Below are positions 22,613-33,270 of a stretch of 64,000 nucleotides of DNA, piece after piece; the stretch's first letter is position 1; every line of letters begins with the position of its first letter. The stretch is from Candidatus Marinamargulisbacteria bacterium. Lineage in GTDB: Bacteria; Margulisbacteria; Marinamargulisbacteria; UBA817. The notes under the pieces were generated by a model. It ran no database searches, was not told the DNA's origin, and saw only the letters and a list, made by a program, of their open reading frames with translations. Where the stretch lies: NCBI GenBank assembly GCA_023262965.1, contig JALQXX010000001.1, forward strand, positions 22,581 to 86,580. Reading direction: 5' to 3'. Position numbers and translations under genes: made by a program.

Positions 22613-22875
22613 TTAAGCAAGTTGTTGTAACAGAAAAAACGGCGCGCTTGAGTGAATCAAATTGTTATACATTTTTGGTTGATTCAAGTGCAACAAAAAT
22701 TGATATCAAGCGTTTTGTAGAATCGTATTATAATGTTTCTGTAAAGCGTGTCAATGTATTGAAAAGCATGTCAAAATCGGTTCGTCGTGGACGTGTGGTT
22801 GGCGCAACATTAGAGCGTCGTAAAGCTTATGTCTTCACAAAAGAAAAGATACAGGCTTTGGAGGAGGCTTCTTAA
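22609..22875 (+). CDS. rplW: 50S ribosomal protein L23
   Basis: L23 family, position. Confidence 0.9.
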   Translation: MIKQVVVTEKTARLSESNCYTFLVDSSATKIDIKRFVESYYNVSVKRVNVLKSMSKSVRRGRVVGATLERRKAYVFTKEKIQALEEAS

Positions 22876-22877
22876 AA

Positions 22878-23699
22878 ATGGCAAAAAAAAGTTATCGTCC
22901 AATAACTCCCGGTATGCGGAATAAACGCACGCTATTGAACGAAGAATTAACCGGACATGCACCCTATAAGCCATTGGTATCGCGATTGCAGCGTTCCAGT
23001 GGTAGAAATAATTATGGACAACTAACTGTTCGTCATCAAGGCGGTGGTGTTAAGCGATTGTTTCGCAAGATAGATTTTAAGCGAAACACATCTTCAGAGG
23101 CCGTTGTTGAGTCAGTTGAATATGATCCAAATCGCTCAGCATTTATTTCTCTGATTCGATCCAACTCAGGTGCCAGAAAATATATTCTTGCACCTAGAGG
23201 TATTCGTGTGGGGGATCGTGTTGGGGAAGGTGAAAATGCGGACATTAATGTGGGATCGTGTTTGCCTTTATATAAAATTCCTGTAGGCTCATCCATCTTT
23301 AATATTGAACTTTTCCCAAATAAAGGTGCTCAATTGGTGCGTTCAGCAGGTTGTTATGCAACATTGATGGCAAAATCGGATCGACATGCTTCTGTTCGGC
23401 TCCCATCCGGAGAAATTCGATTGGTTTTATTGAACTGTACAGCAACGTATGGGCGTGTTTCAAATGATGCTCATTTTTTAAAGCGAGACGGTAAAGCTGG
23501 TATAAAACGTAAGCGTAATATTCGTCCAACGGTACGTGGATCGGTTATGAACGCTGTGGATCATAAACATGGCGGAGGAGAAGGTCGAGCTCCAATTGGT
23601 TTAACTGAACCACGTTCTGTTTATGGTAAAAAGGTTAATGTTCGAACACGATCCAAACGAAAAAGTTTGAAGCATGTTGTTCGTGCAAGAAAGAGGTAA
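22878..23699 (+). CDS. rplB: 50S ribosomal protein L2
   Basis: L2 family; GRNxxGxITxRHxGGG-type motifs. Confidence 0.95.
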   Translation: MAKKSYRPITPGMRNKRTLLNEELTGHAPYKPLVSRLQRSSGRNNYGQLTVRHQGGGVKRLFRKIDFKRNTSSEAVVESVEYDPNRSAFISLIRSNSGARKYILAPRGIRVGDRVGEGENADINVGSCLPLYKIPVGSSIFNIELFPNKGAQLVRSAGCYATLMAKSDRHASVRLPSGEIRLVLLNCTATYGRVSNDAHFLKRDGKAGIKRKRNIRPTVRGSVMNAVDHKHGGGEGRAPIGLTEPRSVYGKKVNVRTRSKRKSLKHVVRARKR

Positions 23700-23702
23700 A
23701 AT

Positions 23703-23966
23703 ATGGCACGTTCCACAAAAAAAGGCTATTTTGTTGATGATCATTTATCCAAAAAAATTGATGCACTTAATGAAAGCGGCTCTAAAAAAATGATTAAAAC
23801 ATGGTCTAGAAGAAGTACAATTATCCCTTCAATGATTGGACATACAATAGGTGTACATAATGGTATCAAGCATATTGCGGTCTATATCAGTGAAAATATG
23901 ATTGGGCATAAATTGGGTGAATTTAGTTATACCCGACTGTTTAAGGCCCATCCTGGAAATCGATAA
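23703..23966 (+). CDS. rpsS: 30S ribosomal protein S19
   Basis: [24 protein letters not shown]. Confidence 0.95.
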   Translation: MARSTKKGYFVDDHLSKKIDALNESGSKKMIKTWSRRSTIIPSMIGHTIGVHNGIKHIAVYISENMIGHKLGEFSYTRLFKAHPGNR

Positions 23967-23974
23967 GGTTTTTT

Positions 23975-24358
23975 ATGTCAAAATCAAACAAATATAGTAA
24001 TCAGTTAGTAAAAGCGTCTTTAAAGTATGTTCGCATTTCCCCTTTAAAACTTCGAAAAGTTGCTGATACAGTCCGGTATTTATCCCCGGAGATAGCCATG
24101 CAACGATTACGATTAATGCCACAAAAAGGTGCAGATATATTATATAAACTAATTCATTCATGCGTTGCGAACGCATCACATAATTTTGATATAGCTGCAA
24201 CAAACCTTAAAATTCAGACATTAATGGTGAATGAAGGACCCAGGATGAAACGATTTCAACCCCGTGCAAGAGGTCGCATGTATGCGATACATAAGCCATT
24301 TGCACATGTAGAATTAATTTTAAAGGAAGAAGGAGGCTCACATGGGTCAAAAAGTTAA
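23975..24358 (+). CDS. rplV: 50S ribosomal protein L22
   Basis: L22 family, position. Confidence 0.92.
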   Translation: MSKSNKYSNQLVKASLKYVRISPLKLRKVADTVRYLSPEIAMQRLRLMPQKGADILYKLIHSCVANASHNFDIAATNLKIQTLMVNEGPRMKRFQPRARGRMYAIHKPFAHVELILKEEGGSHGSKS

Positions 24359-25040
24359 TCCTAGGGCTTTTCGCTTAAAAGGTGTCCAGGAATTTTTAAA
24401 CAATTGGTTTTCGATTTCACATTATTCCGATTTTTTATTGGAAGATGTCTCTATTCGTGCATTTATAAAAGATAATCTGAGACGTGCGTTTATATCAAAA
24501 GTAATTATTCGTCGAAAAGGCAATGATCATGTATTGATTGATATTCATACATCAAAGCCTGGTGTTATTTTGGGTAAGGCTGGTGAGTCAATAACGCGTT
24601 TTAGAGAAAAAATCACACGCGTTTTTGGTAAGCATTTTAGCGTGAATGTTATTGAGGAAAAGTCTCCGGATAAAAGTGCTAAGCTTCTTTCGGAAATGAT
24701 TGCTGTTCAGTTGGAAAAAAGGATTCCTTTTCGTCGTGCCATGAAGTTAGCGGTCCAATCGGCATTAAAAGCAGGCGCAGAGGGTGTTCAGGTTAAATGC
24801 TCCGGTCGTTTGGGGGGTGTGGAAATTGCAAGAAATGAATGGTACCAAAAAGGTCGTATGCCATTACATACTATTCGGGCTAAGATTGATTATTGTTTAA
24901 CAGAAGCTCATACAATATATGGTAAAATTGGTGTAAAGGTATGGGTTAATCATGGTGAGTCATTTTCAGTTAAAAAAGACTTTGCTCCAACCAATACATA
25001 CACTAGAAATGTGAAGGAGTCGCGCCGTGTTAATGCCTAG
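24342..25040 (+). CDS. rpsC: 30S ribosomal protein S3
   Basis: [16 protein letters not shown] domain. Confidence 0.95.
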   Translation: MGQKVNPRAFRLKGVQEFLNNWFSISHYSDFLLEDVSIRAFIKDNLRRAFISKVIIRRKGNDHVLIDIHTSKPGVILGKAGESITRFREKITRVFGKHFSVNVIEEKSPDKSAKLLSEMIAVQLEKRIPFRRAMKLAVQSALKAGAEGVQVKCSGRLGGVEIARNEWYQKGRMPLHTIRAKIDYCLTEAHTIYGKIGVKVWVNHGESFSVKKDFAPTNTYTRNVKESRRVNA

Positions 25041-25446
25041 TCGAACCAAGTATCGCAAGTCTCAACGTGGACGAAATAGAGGTAAAGCGCAATCTGGCAA
25101 TTCAATCTCTTTTGGTGATTATGGGTTAATTGCTTTGGAAAATGTTTGGCTTACTCAGCGACAGATTGAGTCCGCTCGACGTGCATTAACACGGTACATA
25201 AAACGAGGTGGGAAGGTTTGGATTCGTGTTTTTCCCGATAAAAGTGTCACTAAGATTCCACAAGAAACACGTATGGGAAAAGGAAAAGGGCAACCTGAAT
25301 ATTGGGTGGCTGTTGTTAAATCGGGGCATGTCCTTTTTGAATTAAGCGGTGTTACGCCAGATGTTGCGCGTGAAGCGTTGCGATTGGCTTCACACAAGTT
25401 GCCGATCAAGTCTAAATTTATTAAGAAAGAGGTTTGGGATCAATGA
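25027..25446 (+). CDS. rplP: 50S ribosomal protein L16
   Basis: [11 protein letters not shown]... L16. Confidence 0.95.
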   Translation: MLMPSRTKYRKSQRGRNRGKAQSGNSISFGDYGLIALENVWLTQRQIESARRALTRYIKRGGKVWIRVFPDKSVTKIPQETRMGKGKGQPEYWVAVVKSGHVLFELSGVTPDVAREALRLASHKLPIKSKFIKKEVWDQ

Positions 25447-25643
25447 CCACAAAAATTAAGGAATTGAGAGCACTTTCTTCGGACGAGTTATTGAAAATGG
25501 TAGGAGAAAAATCCAAGTTGTATACCGGTTATCGGTTGTCAAACATGCGGGCGGATGGATTTGACTCATCTCTTTTTTCAAAATTGCGAAAAGAGATTGC
25601 TCAAATATATACTATTTTAAACGAAAGGAAATTCAATGAGTAA
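25443..25643 (+). CDS. rpmC: 50S ribosomal protein L29
   Basis: L29-like [16 protein letters not shown]; start at ATG overlapping the rplP stop (ATGA). Confidence 0.85.
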   Translation: MTTKIKELRALSSDELLKMVGEKSKLYTGYRLSNMRADGFDSSLFSKLRKEIAQIYTILNERKFNE

Positions 25644-25881
25644 ATCGTTAAAAAAAACACGAGGTATTGTTATATCTCGATCTGGGAATAAGACTGTGAA
25701 GGTTTCGGTTGAAACGCGTCGTTCTCACCCTTTTTACAAAAAGGTGGTACGAGTTACATGGTCAGCACTTATGCATGACGAACATAATCAGTATTCTGTT
25801 GGGGATTCTGTTTATTTTGTTAGCTGCAGACCGTTGAGTGCTAAAAAGAAATGGCGCGTTGTGGGAATGGTGGCTGCCTGA
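25636..25881 (+). CDS. rpsQ: 30S ribosomal protein S17
   Basis: S17 family. Confidence 0.9.
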   Translation: MSKSLKKTRGIVISRSGNKTVKVSVETRRSHPFYKKVVRVTWSALMHDEHNQYSVGDSVYFVSCRPLSAKKKWRVVGMVAA

Positions 25882-26249
25882 TGATACAACAAGAAACAGT
25901 ATTAAATGTTGCAGATAATTCTGGTGCAAAAAAAATACTATGTATTAGTGTTTGTGGTAGCACAGGTCGTCGATATGCTTCTCTAGGGGATGTTATTGTT
26001 GCAACAGTAAAAGTTGCCAATCCGGGAGGATACGTCCAAAAATCTGAAATTGTAAGAGCAGTGGTTGTTCGTTCTGTTCGCAAAAAAAGACGTCCAGATG
26101 GTACCGTTATTTGTTTTGATGATAATGCAGCCGTTATTATTAATAAAGATGGCAATCCAAAAGGCACCCGGATTTTTGGTCCGATTCCCCGAGAACTTAG
26201 AGAAAATAATTTTATGAAAATAATTTCATTAGCAGAAGAGGTTGTTTGA
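25881..26249 (+). CDS. rplN: 50S ribosomal protein L14
   Basis: [18 protein letters not shown] signature; start at the internal ATG (ORF track starts 30 nt upstream). Confidence 0.95.
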   Translation: MIQQETVLNVADNSGAKKILCISVCGSTGRRYASLGDVIVATVKVANPGGYVQKSEIVRAVVVRSVRKKRRPDGTVICFDDNAAVIINKDGNPKGTRIFGPIPRELRENNFMKIISLAEEVV

Positions 26250-26257
26250 GGTACTAT

Positions 26258-26578
26258 ATGGCAAATAAAATTAAAAAAGATGATAAGGTAATCGTAACAT
26301 GCGGTAAAGATAAGGGGAAAACCGGTGTTGTTCTTCGATGCATCTACAAAGATAATCATGTGTCTCAGGTTGTTGTCGAAGGTATTAATGTTTTAAAAAA
26401 GCATCGCAAAAAATCGGATAAAGCTGAAGGCGCGATTGTTGATTTTCCCGCGCCTTTAGATGTTTCAAATGTTGCTATTGTATGTCCTAAAAAATCCGTG
26501 GCAACACGTGTGGGATTTACATATCTGAAAGATGGCGAAAAGAAGCGTTTAGCAAAGGCATCCGGTCAAACATTTTAA
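26258..26578 (+). CDS. rplX: 50S ribosomal protein L24
   Basis: KOW-type L24 (MANKIKKDDKVIVTCGKDKGKTG). Confidence 0.9.
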   Translation: MANKIKKDDKVIVTCGKDKGKTGVVLRCIYKDNHVSQVVVEGINVLKKHRKKSDKAEGAIVDFPAPLDVSNVAIVCPKKSVATRVGFTYLKDGEKKRLAKASGQTF

Positions 26579-26584
26579 GGGAAC

Positions 26585-27124
26585 ATGGTTATGAAAGATA
26601 TAAAAGATATTATTAAAAAGACAGAGTTAGATGTAAAAAAGAAGTATGGTTACACAAACCCCCATCTAATTCCCCAAATTACTAAAGTTATTATTCATAG
26701 AGGCTTAGGAGAAGCGATAACAAATTCGGCTGTTCTTGATAAAACTTATGAATTGTTTTACGCTATCACGGGTCAGAAACCAGTATTTACACGAGCTAAA
26801 AAATCCATATCGAATTTTAAATTGCGTGAAGGTCAGATTGTTGGTTGTAAGGTAACGCTTCGATCACAGCGCATGTTAAATTTTTTAACAAATTTACTGT
26901 ATGTTTCATTGCCCAAAATTCGGGATTTTAGAGGCTTGAATCAGAGCGGTTGTGATAAAGGTGGCAATTTTTCATTTGGAATTGTCGATGATTCTATATT
27001 TCCAGAATCAAATACAGATTTGGATAAACTGCGTGGTATGGATGTGACTATTTGTACAACAGCATCTTCCAAAGATGAATTGCTGTTTTATTTGCGTGGG
27101 ATTGGGGTCCCCTTTAAACGATAA
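26585..27124 (+). CDS. rplE: 50S ribosomal protein L5
   Basis: L5 family. Confidence 0.93.
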   Translation: MVMKDIKDIIKKTELDVKKKYGYTNPHLIPQITKVIIHRGLGEAITNSAVLDKTYELFYAITGQKPVFTRAKKSISNFKLREGQIVGCKVTLRSQRMLNFLTNLLYVSLPKIRDFRGLNQSGCDKGGNFSFGIVDDSIFPESNTDLDKLRGMDVTICTTASSKDELLFYLRGIGVPFKR

Positions 27125-27148
27125 TTAGAAAGGAAATCGGTAAATTTT

Positions 27149-27328
27149 ATGGCAAAAAAATCAATGATTGAAAAAAATAAGCGAAAAACAGGTGCTCAAT
27201 ATCGTAATCGATGTAATCTTTGTGGTCGACCACGTGGGTTTCTTCGGTTTTTTGGTATCTGTAGATTATGTTTTAGACACTTGGCTTCTTCGGCAAAACT
27301 GCCTGGAGTAACAAAGTCGTCTTGGTAA
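27149..27328 (+). CDS. rpsZ: 30S ribosomal protein S14 type Z (zinc-ribbon form, 59 aa)
   Basis: Translated by hand as [59 protein letters not shown] with a CxxC...CxxC motif; absent from the ORF track because it is under 60 aa. Confidence 0.88.
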   Translation: MAKKSMIEKNKRKTGAQYRNRCNLCGRPRGFLRFFGICRLCFRHLASSAKLPGVTKSSW

Positions 27329-27338
27329 AGGAGTAAGT

Positions 27339-27740
27339 ATGACTATTATAGATCCAATTTCAGATATGTTTACTCGAATCCGAAACGCTTTGATTGTTTC
27401 GTTTGATTCGGTAACATTTCAATATTCAAATATTCGTTGTGAAATCGCAAAAATATTATTAAATGAAGGCTACATTCAAGGTTATGAAATTTTAAATACA
27501 GATCTTAGGAAAAGATCTATTAAAATTGCTTTGAAGTATGATAAGCATGGTAAGCCAGTTATTGAAAATATTCGACGTGTAAGTAAGCCATCTAAGCGTA
27601 TATACACAAAGAAAAAGGATATTTACAAGGTATTAAATGGTTTTGGCACCTTGATTTTATCGACGTCTCAAGGTGTTCTATCAGGAAAAGAGGCTCGTAT
27701 TAAAAATATCGGTGGGGAAATTATTGGGGAGGTTTACTAA
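27339..27740 (+). CDS. rpsH: 30S ribosomal protein S8
   Basis: MTIIDPISDMFTRIRNA signature. Confidence 0.95.
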   Translation: MTIIDPISDMFTRIRNALIVSFDSVTFQYSNIRCEIAKILLNEGYIQGYEILNTDLRKRSIKIALKYDKHGKPVIENIRRVSKPSKRIYTKKKDIYKVLNGFGTLILSTSQGVLSGKEARIKNIGGEIIGEVY

Positions 27741-28264
27741 TGAGTAAATTGGCTAGAAAACCCATTGATCTTTCTGATGTGAATGTATCAATGGAATCCA
27801 CTACATTGATTGTTAAGGGTAAGCATGGATCCATGTCTTTGAATGTGCCTCCAGTGGTTACGGTATCGTTAAGTCCATCGGAATTGTATGTGGCATCTTC
27901 AAATCCGGCGCATTTGGGACTTTATTTTTCTTTAATTCGCAATATGGTTCATGGTGTTAAGCATTTATTTTTGGAAACATTGGTTTTAAAAGGCGTTGGG
28001 TATCGGGCCGCTTTGGCGGATAAAAAGATTACGCTGAATTTGGGATATTCCCATCCGGTTGTATTTACGATTCCCGATGGAATATCGGCTGAAATTCCAA
28101 CTCAGACAGAGATTAAGTTGACTGGTGTTGATAAGCAATTGGTTGGACAAGTTGCCGCGGATATAATAAAATTACGACCAGCTAAAAAAGATCCGTATAA
28201 AGAAAAAGGGATTAAACGCACCCGAGATCGAATTCTCAAGAAAGTTGGAAAAAAGGTTAAATAA
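27740..28264 (+). CDS. rplF: 50S ribosomal protein L6
   Basis: L6 family. Confidence 0.92.
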   Translation: MSKLARKPIDLSDVNVSMESTTLIVKGKHGSMSLNVPPVVTVSLSPSELYVASSNPAHLGLYFSLIRNMVHGVKHLFLETLVLKGVGYRAALADKKITLNLGYSHPVVFTIPDGISAEIPTQTEIKLTGVDKQLVGQVAADIIKLRPAKKDPYKEKGIKRTRDRILKKVGKKVK

Positions 28265-28265
28265 A

Positions 28266-28550
28266 ATGCAATCTAGAAGTTATGTGTTAAAAATTTCAAA
28301 GAAATCTTTGCGGCATGTGTATGTTTGGTTAGTCGATGATTCTAATAATATAGTCGCTTCCAGTTCAACGCTTGCGCTCAAGTTTAATCAAGCAAACGTA
28401 GATAATTGCACAGCTCTTGGGGAAGCGATTGGCGCAAAGGCACTTGCATTGTCTGTTAAAAAAATTCGATTTGATCGAAGTGGAAATTTGTACCATGGGC
28501 GTGTAAAAGCAGTGGCTCAAGGTGCGCGAAAGGCTGGATTGGAGTTTTAG
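28266..28550 (+). CDS. rplR: 50S ribosomal protein L18
   Basis: L18 family; start at the internal Met after the rplF stop. Confidence 0.85.
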   Translation: MQSRSYVLKISKKSLRHVYVWLVDDSNNIVASSSTLALKFNQANVDNCTALGEAIGAKALALSVKKIRFDRSGNLYHGRVKAVAQGARKAGLEF

Positions 28551-28552
28551 GT

Positions 28553-29101
28553 ATGTCATACAATGCAATAGATGATTCTCAAGAAAAATACTTTGAAAAA
28601 TTAATTAAAATTAATCGAGTTACTAAAGTTAATAAGGGGGGTAAAAAACTAGCGTTTCGGGCTTTTGTTATTGTTGGTGATCAAAAAGGTCGTGTTGGTT
28701 TGGCAACAGCTAAATCAAAAGAGGTTCCATTAGCTATTCGTCGTAGTATTGATAAAGCCAAAAAACAGATGCATGATATTAATTTGTCACAAGGAACGAT
28801 TCCCCATGAGATTGTCGGGCACTACAAAGCTTCTTCGGTGGTTTTGCGTCCCGCTCCAGACGGAACGGGGGTTATCGCGGGTGGATCCATACGAATTCTG
28901 TTAGAGTCTTTGGGGGTTGAAAACATTGTTGCTAAATCCATTGGTTCCAGCAACTCATTAAACATGGCAAAAGCGGCTTTGGATGGTTTGTTAAAATTAA
29001 AAAATTTGGCCGATGTTGAGGCACGTAGAGGTGTTAAGATATCGCGTTCATTTTTAAAAAAAGAAAGGGTAGGTGATAATAATGACTCAAGCGCGAGTTG
29101 A
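28553..29101 (+). CDS. rpsE: 30S ribosomal protein S5
   Basis: S5 dsRBD and C-terminal domain. Confidence 0.93.
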   Translation: MSYNAIDDSQEKYFEKLIKINRVTKVNKGGKKLAFRAFVIVGDQKGRVGLATAKSKEVPLAIRRSIDKAKKQMHDINLSQGTIPHEIVGHYKASSVVLRPAPDGTGVIAGGSIRILLESLGVENIVAKSIGSSNSLNMAKAALDGLLKLKNLADVEARRGVKISRSFLKKERVGDNNDSSAS

Positions 29102-29600
29102 GGCACCCGTTGTCAATTCATTAAGTAATGTTGTTTCTGAATCCAAATCTATTCGGTTAGGATCTATTTCTCCGTTTCCTGGTTCCGTTAAACCACGAAA
29201 ACGTGTTGGTCGGGGAAATGCGTCTGGTTGGGGTGGCGAAGCTGGTAGAGGACATAAAGGTCAAAAATCCCGTTCTGGGTTTTCCCGAAAGCGCGGATTC
29301 GAAGGTGGGCAAAATCCTCTGTATAAACGCATTCCTAAAAAGCGGGGATTTACAAATATTTTCAAGGTTCATTATCGATTAGTTAATATATCCAACTTGA
29401 ATTTTGAGCGATTTGGATCCTCTATTGAATGTAAGCACCTGGTGGATTTCGGGTATTGTTCACAAAATGAGCGTATTAAGTTCGTGGGAAACCTACCCGA
29501 ATCGGTTCGCTTAACAACGATTGAAGGGGATGCAATATCACACGCATTAAAGTCACGTTTAGATGCTTTGGGATGCGTCTTCATTCAGCGTAAAGGCTAA
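29073..29600 (+). CDS. rplO: 50S ribosomal protein L15 (start uncertain, overlaps the rpsE 3' end; no L30 gene in between)
   Basis: [27 protein letters not shown] signature. Confidence 0.85.
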   Translation: MIIMTQARVEAPVVNSLSNVVSESKSIRLGSISPFPGSVKPRKRVGRGNASGWGGEAGRGHKGQKSRSGFSRKRGFEGGQNPLYKRIPKKRGFTNIFKVHYRLVNISNLNFERFGSSIECKHLVDFGYCSQNERIKFVGNLPESVRLTTIEGDAISHALKSRLDALGCVFIQRKG

Positions 29601-30862
29601 TGTCGTTTTTTTCAGCATTATTTCGGTATGCCGATCTTCGATATCGATTGGTATATTCGATCATTGTTTTGGCCATTTATCGATTTGGGTCTCACATTCC
29701 AATTACAGGCATTGATTTATCGGACTTAACACGTTTGGTAAATTCGAATAGCTTGGTCTCATTTATTGACTTATTTTCAGGTGGGTCCTTTAGCCGGTTC
29801 TCTATATTTTCCTTAGGAATTTTGCCCTATATTAATGCTTCAATTATTATGCAGTTAATGACTTTTGTTCTACCAGAATTGAAGTCTATTTTGGAGGAAG
29901 GGGAGCACGGGCGAAAAAAAATAGCGCAATGGACTCGATATGTAACGGTTGGTTTGGCGATTATTCAGGCCGTTGTGATTACAATCGGATTTCGTTCGTT
30001 TCTGTTACCAGACGTATCGTATCCATTTTTTATGGTGTATTCGATTATCGGACTTGTGGCAGGGTCATGTTTGGTTATGTACATGGGAGAACTGATGACA
30101 GAGAAAGGTATTGGTAATGGGGCCTCTCTAATTATATTTGTGGGAATTATTTCGCAAATGCCTTTCTATATCAAAAATACGTGGGGGCTGATTCAGTCCG
30201 GTACCAGTGTTATTAATGTTGGCTTTATGGTTTTGATGCTTATTGGAATAATTGTTGGTATTATTATCATTCAAGAAGCTCAGCGAAAAATTTTAGTGCA
30301 ATACGCTAAGCGTGTGGTAGGACGTAAAATGTATGGCGGGCAGTCTACGTATATTCCATTGCGGTTAATTCAAGGTGGGGTTCTGCCAATTATTTTTGCA
30401 TCAGCTCTTTTACAGTTTCCTCTTATTATTGCTAACTTCATGCCTTTTGAGTCCATACAAGTATTTTTTTCTCGTTACTACACCTTTGATGGCATTATAT
30501 ACAATGCGTTATTCTGCATTTTAATTTTCTTTTTCACGTATTTTTACACTGCCGTATCATTTAGTCCTGTGGATCTAGCTGAAAATATTAAAAAGTATGG
30601 TGGATTTATTATGGGGGTTCGTCCCGGAAAGCCAACCGAGCAGTATTTAGAGGCAATTGTTTCGAAATTAACTTTTTTTGGAGCGTCTTTTTTGTCACTG
30701 ATTGCTCTTTTGCCTATTATTGTCGCCACACTAACGCATGTAAATAGTTTTATGGGATTGGGTGGTACAGCATTGCTGATTATTGTGGGTGTTTCTTTGG
30801 ATTTATTGAAACAAATTGATGCATTTATTATCCAAAAAGAATATGAGAAAGTGGCTGTCTAA
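29600..30862 (+). CDS. secY: preprotein translocase subunit SecY
   Basis: 10-TM SecY; 420 aa. Confidence 0.95.
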   Translation: MSFFSALFRYADLRYRLVYSIIVLAIYRFGSHIPITGIDLSDLTRLVNSNSLVSFIDLFSGGSFSRFSIFSLGILPYINASIIMQLMTFVLPELKSILEEGEHGRKKIAQWTRYVTVGLAIIQAVVITIGFRSFLLPDVSYPFFMVYSIIGLVAGSCLVMYMGELMTEKGIGNGASLIIFVGIISQMPFYIKNTWGLIQSGTSVINVGFMVLMLIGIIVGIIIIQEAQRKILVQYAKRVVGRKMYGGQSTYIPLRLIQGGVLPIIFASALLQFPLIIANFMPFESIQVFFSRYYTFDGIIYNALFCILIFFFTYFYTAVSFSPVDLAENIKKYGGFIMGVRPGKPTEQYLEAIVSKLTFFGASFLSLIALLPIIVATLTHVNSFMGLGGTALLIIVGVSLDLLKQIDAFIIQKEYEKVAV

Positions 30863-31509
30863 TGGTTAAGTTACTCATTTTTTTAGGTCCTGCCGGTTCG
30901 GGAAAAGGCACTCAAGCCCAAATTCTTGCTAAAGAATTTGGTTATACACATTTATCTACGGGTGATATGTTGCGTGCAGAGGTGAATTCGGGCTCGGATC
31001 TTGGCCATATGTTATCAGAATGCATGTCTTCTGGGGATCTGGTAGATGATACCATCATTGATGCGTTAATCCGTTCTAATATTCAAAAGTCCTTAAATAG
31101 TAATAGTTCAGGCATTATTTTTGATGGATTTCCACGTACAATTAATCAGGCAAACTTGCTAGGTGTGTTATTAAAGTCTTTTTCACTTACATTGCAGAGG
31201 GTTTTCTTTTTTGATATTTCGTTAGAGGAATCTGTTCGACGTATTTCTGGGCGCCGGGTGGATTCTCGAGATAATCATGTATATCATATCAATTCGAATC
31301 CTCCACCAGCGGAGGCCAGGCCATTTTTGATAACACGATCAGATGATTCCGCTGATAGTGTCACACATCGGTATCATATATTTTGCGAACAAACAAAACC
31401 ACTTTTGAAGTTTTATAGTAATGAGTTGGTTAGAATTGATTGTTTATCGTCCATTTCAGATATATCCACAACCATCTCAACGATGTTGGCTGAGCAAAAG
31501 ACGGTGTAA
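30862..31509 (+). CDS. adk: adenylate kinase
   Basis: P-loop GPAGSGKGTQA; 215 aa. Confidence 0.92.
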   Translation: MVKLLIFLGPAGSGKGTQAQILAKEFGYTHLSTGDMLRAEVNSGSDLGHMLSECMSSGDLVDDTIIDALIRSNIQKSLNSNSSGIIFDGFPRTINQANLLGVLLKSFSLTLQRVFFFDISLEESVRRISGRRVDSRDNHVYHINSNPPPAEARPFLITRSDDSADSVTHRYHIFCEQTKPLLKFYSNELVRIDCLSSISDISTTISTMLAEQKTV

Positions 31510-32261
31510 TGGTTCACACAGTAGCGGATTCTAGTAAACATAAAAGTATGCGTGAGGGCGGTAAAATTTTGTCTTCCGTGTTTGATTTTTTAGGGGGAAT
31601 TGTTAAAGAGGGTGTTACGGCTCGGTATATTGATGATCATGTTAAACAGTTTATTGAGAAGCATCATGCTGAACCGGGTTTTTTGGGATACCAAGGCTAT
31701 GGTTATTCGACATGTATATCTAAGAATGATGAAATTGTGCATGGTATACCGTATCCAGACAAAGTATTTTTTGAAGGTGATTGCGTATCAATTGACGTAG
31801 GTGTTCGATATAAGGGGTACTATGTTGATGCAGCGCGTACATTTTTAATTGGCCGTGTTTCGGATGCTGTGCGTCATTTAGCGGCGGTAACGGAGCAGTC
31901 ATTTTTTGTTGGCATATCCGTTTTGAAGTCTGGGGTGAGGTTGGGCGATATGGGATATGAGATGCAGACATATATTGAGTCGCATGGATTAACGGTTGTA
32001 CGTGATTTATATAGTCATGGGGTGGGACGATCGTTGCATGAGGATCCGTTGATTCCAAATTATGGCAAAAAGGGGTCTGGCGTGAAGGTTTGTCGTGGTA
32101 TGAGTTTGGCAATTGAACCTATGGTAGCTATGGGTGGCGCAGATATTGAAACTTTGGATGATAATTGGACAATTGTTACAAAAGATCGTCAATGGGCCGC
32201 TCACTATGAAAACACGATTATTATCACAGACAACGGTGTTGACGTTGTGACTATTGCTTGA
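31509..32261 (+). CDS. map: methionine aminopeptidase type I
   Basis: Pita-bread-fold metal ligands. Confidence 0.9.
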   Translation: MVHTVADSSKHKSMREGGKILSSVFDFLGGIVKEGVTARYIDDHVKQFIEKHHAEPGFLGYQGYGYSTCISKNDEIVHGIPYPDKVFFEGDCVSIDVGVRYKGYYVDAARTFLIGRVSDAVRHLAAVTEQSFFVGISVLKSGVRLGDMGYEMQTYIESHGLTVVRDLYSHGVGRSLHEDPLIPNYGKKGSGVKVCRGMSLAIEPMVAMGGADIETLDDNWTIVTKDRQWAAHYENTIIITDNGVDVVTIA

Positions 32262-32288
32262 CATGGAAAATATTGGAGAAATAAGGCA

Positions 32289-32317
32289 TTGATAAAAAAA
32301 AAAATTTGGGGTAAATT
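32289..32317 (+). promoter_or_regulatory. candidate promoter for rpmJ-rpsM-rpsK-rpoA-rplQ
   Basis: TTGATA, 17 nt spacer, TAAATT in the map/rpmJ gap; by-eye only. Confidence 0.3.
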
Positions 32318-32358
32318 GTAAGACTAGTTGTAAAGTTTGAATTGTTTAGAGGGTAGAA

Positions 32359-32472
32359 ATGAAAGTTAGATCATCAGTAAAAAAAATATGTAGTAAATGT
32401 CGCACCATACGCAGACACGGTCGTGTTATGGTTGTTTGTGAAAATCCAAAGCACAAACAGAAACAAGGATAG
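32359..32472 (+). CDS. rpmJ: 50S ribosomal protein L36
   Basis: Hand translation [37 protein letters not shown]; not in the ORF track (37 aa). Confidence 0.93.
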   Translation: MKVRSSVKKICSKCRTIRRHGRVMVVCENPKHKQKQG

Positions 32473-32481
32473 GAGGAAAAA

Positions 32482-32850
32482 ATGGCTCGAATTGTTGGCG
32501 TAGACTTACCAAAGGATAAACGCCTTATTATTGCTTTAACGTATATATACGGTATTGGCCCACATTTATCAAAGAAAATTATTGAGGAACTTAATCTAGA
32601 TCCTTCAAAGCGTGTTAAACAGCTTGAAGAATCTGAGATTGTTTCCATTCGAGATAAGGTTCGAACATTTAAAGTTGAAGGAGACTTGCGCATTGAGGCG
32701 GTTCAGAACATTCGGCGTTTAGAAGATATTGGGTCGTATAGAGGGCGTCGTCATAAATTAAAGTTACCTGTTCGTGGTCAGCGGACGCACACAAATGCAC
32801 GAACAAAGCGCGGCAAGAAAATTGCGGTCGCTGGTAAGAAGAAAGCTTAA
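32482..32850 (+). CDS. rpsM: 30S ribosomal protein S13
   Basis: [14 protein letters not shown] signature. Confidence 0.95.
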   Translation: MARIVGVDLPKDKRLIIALTYIYGIGPHLSKKIIEELNLDPSKRVKQLEESEIVSIRDKVRTFKVEGDLRIEAVQNIRRLEDIGSYRGRRHKLKLPVRGQRTHTNARTKRGKKIAVAGKKKA

Positions 32851-32863
32851 TTAGGAGGTATTT

Positions 32864-33247
32864 ATGGCTCAAAATAAACGAACAAAATCACAATCCCGTA
32901 GTGTTTTGGTTGGTGTTGCGCATGTCAAATCAACATTTAATAATACGATTGTGTCAATTACAGATATGTCGGGGCACGTTATGTCCTGGGCATCAACGGG
33001 CATGATGGGATTTAAGGGAAGTAAAAAAGGAACGCCTTTTGCGGCACAATTAGCCGCAGAGCAAGCTGGTCAAAAAGCTGTCAGCATGGGCGTTTTAGAA
33101 GTTGATGTTAATGTGAAAGGTCCCGGATCGGGTCGAGAGACGGCTATCCGTGCTTTACAATCAGCAGGCTTGGTTATACGATCTATTACAGATTGTACAC
33201 CAATGCCTCACAATGGATGTCGGCCTAAAAAGCGTCGTCGTGTGTAA
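32864..33247 (+). CDS. rpsK: 30S ribosomal protein S11
   Basis: S11 family. Confidence 0.95.
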   Translation: MAQNKRTKSQSRSVLVGVAHVKSTFNNTIVSITDMSGHVMSWASTGMMGFKGSKKGTPFAAQLAAEQAGQKAVSMGVLEVDVNVKGPGSGRETAIRALQSAGLVIRSITDCTPMPHNGCRPKKRRRV

Positions 33248-33270
33248 AGAATTATTTAGGAGGTAATAAT

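Noticed and set aside
25841-26359. 172-aa minus-strand ORF
   Set aside because: Antisense to rplN/rplX with no homology signal; a shadow ORF.
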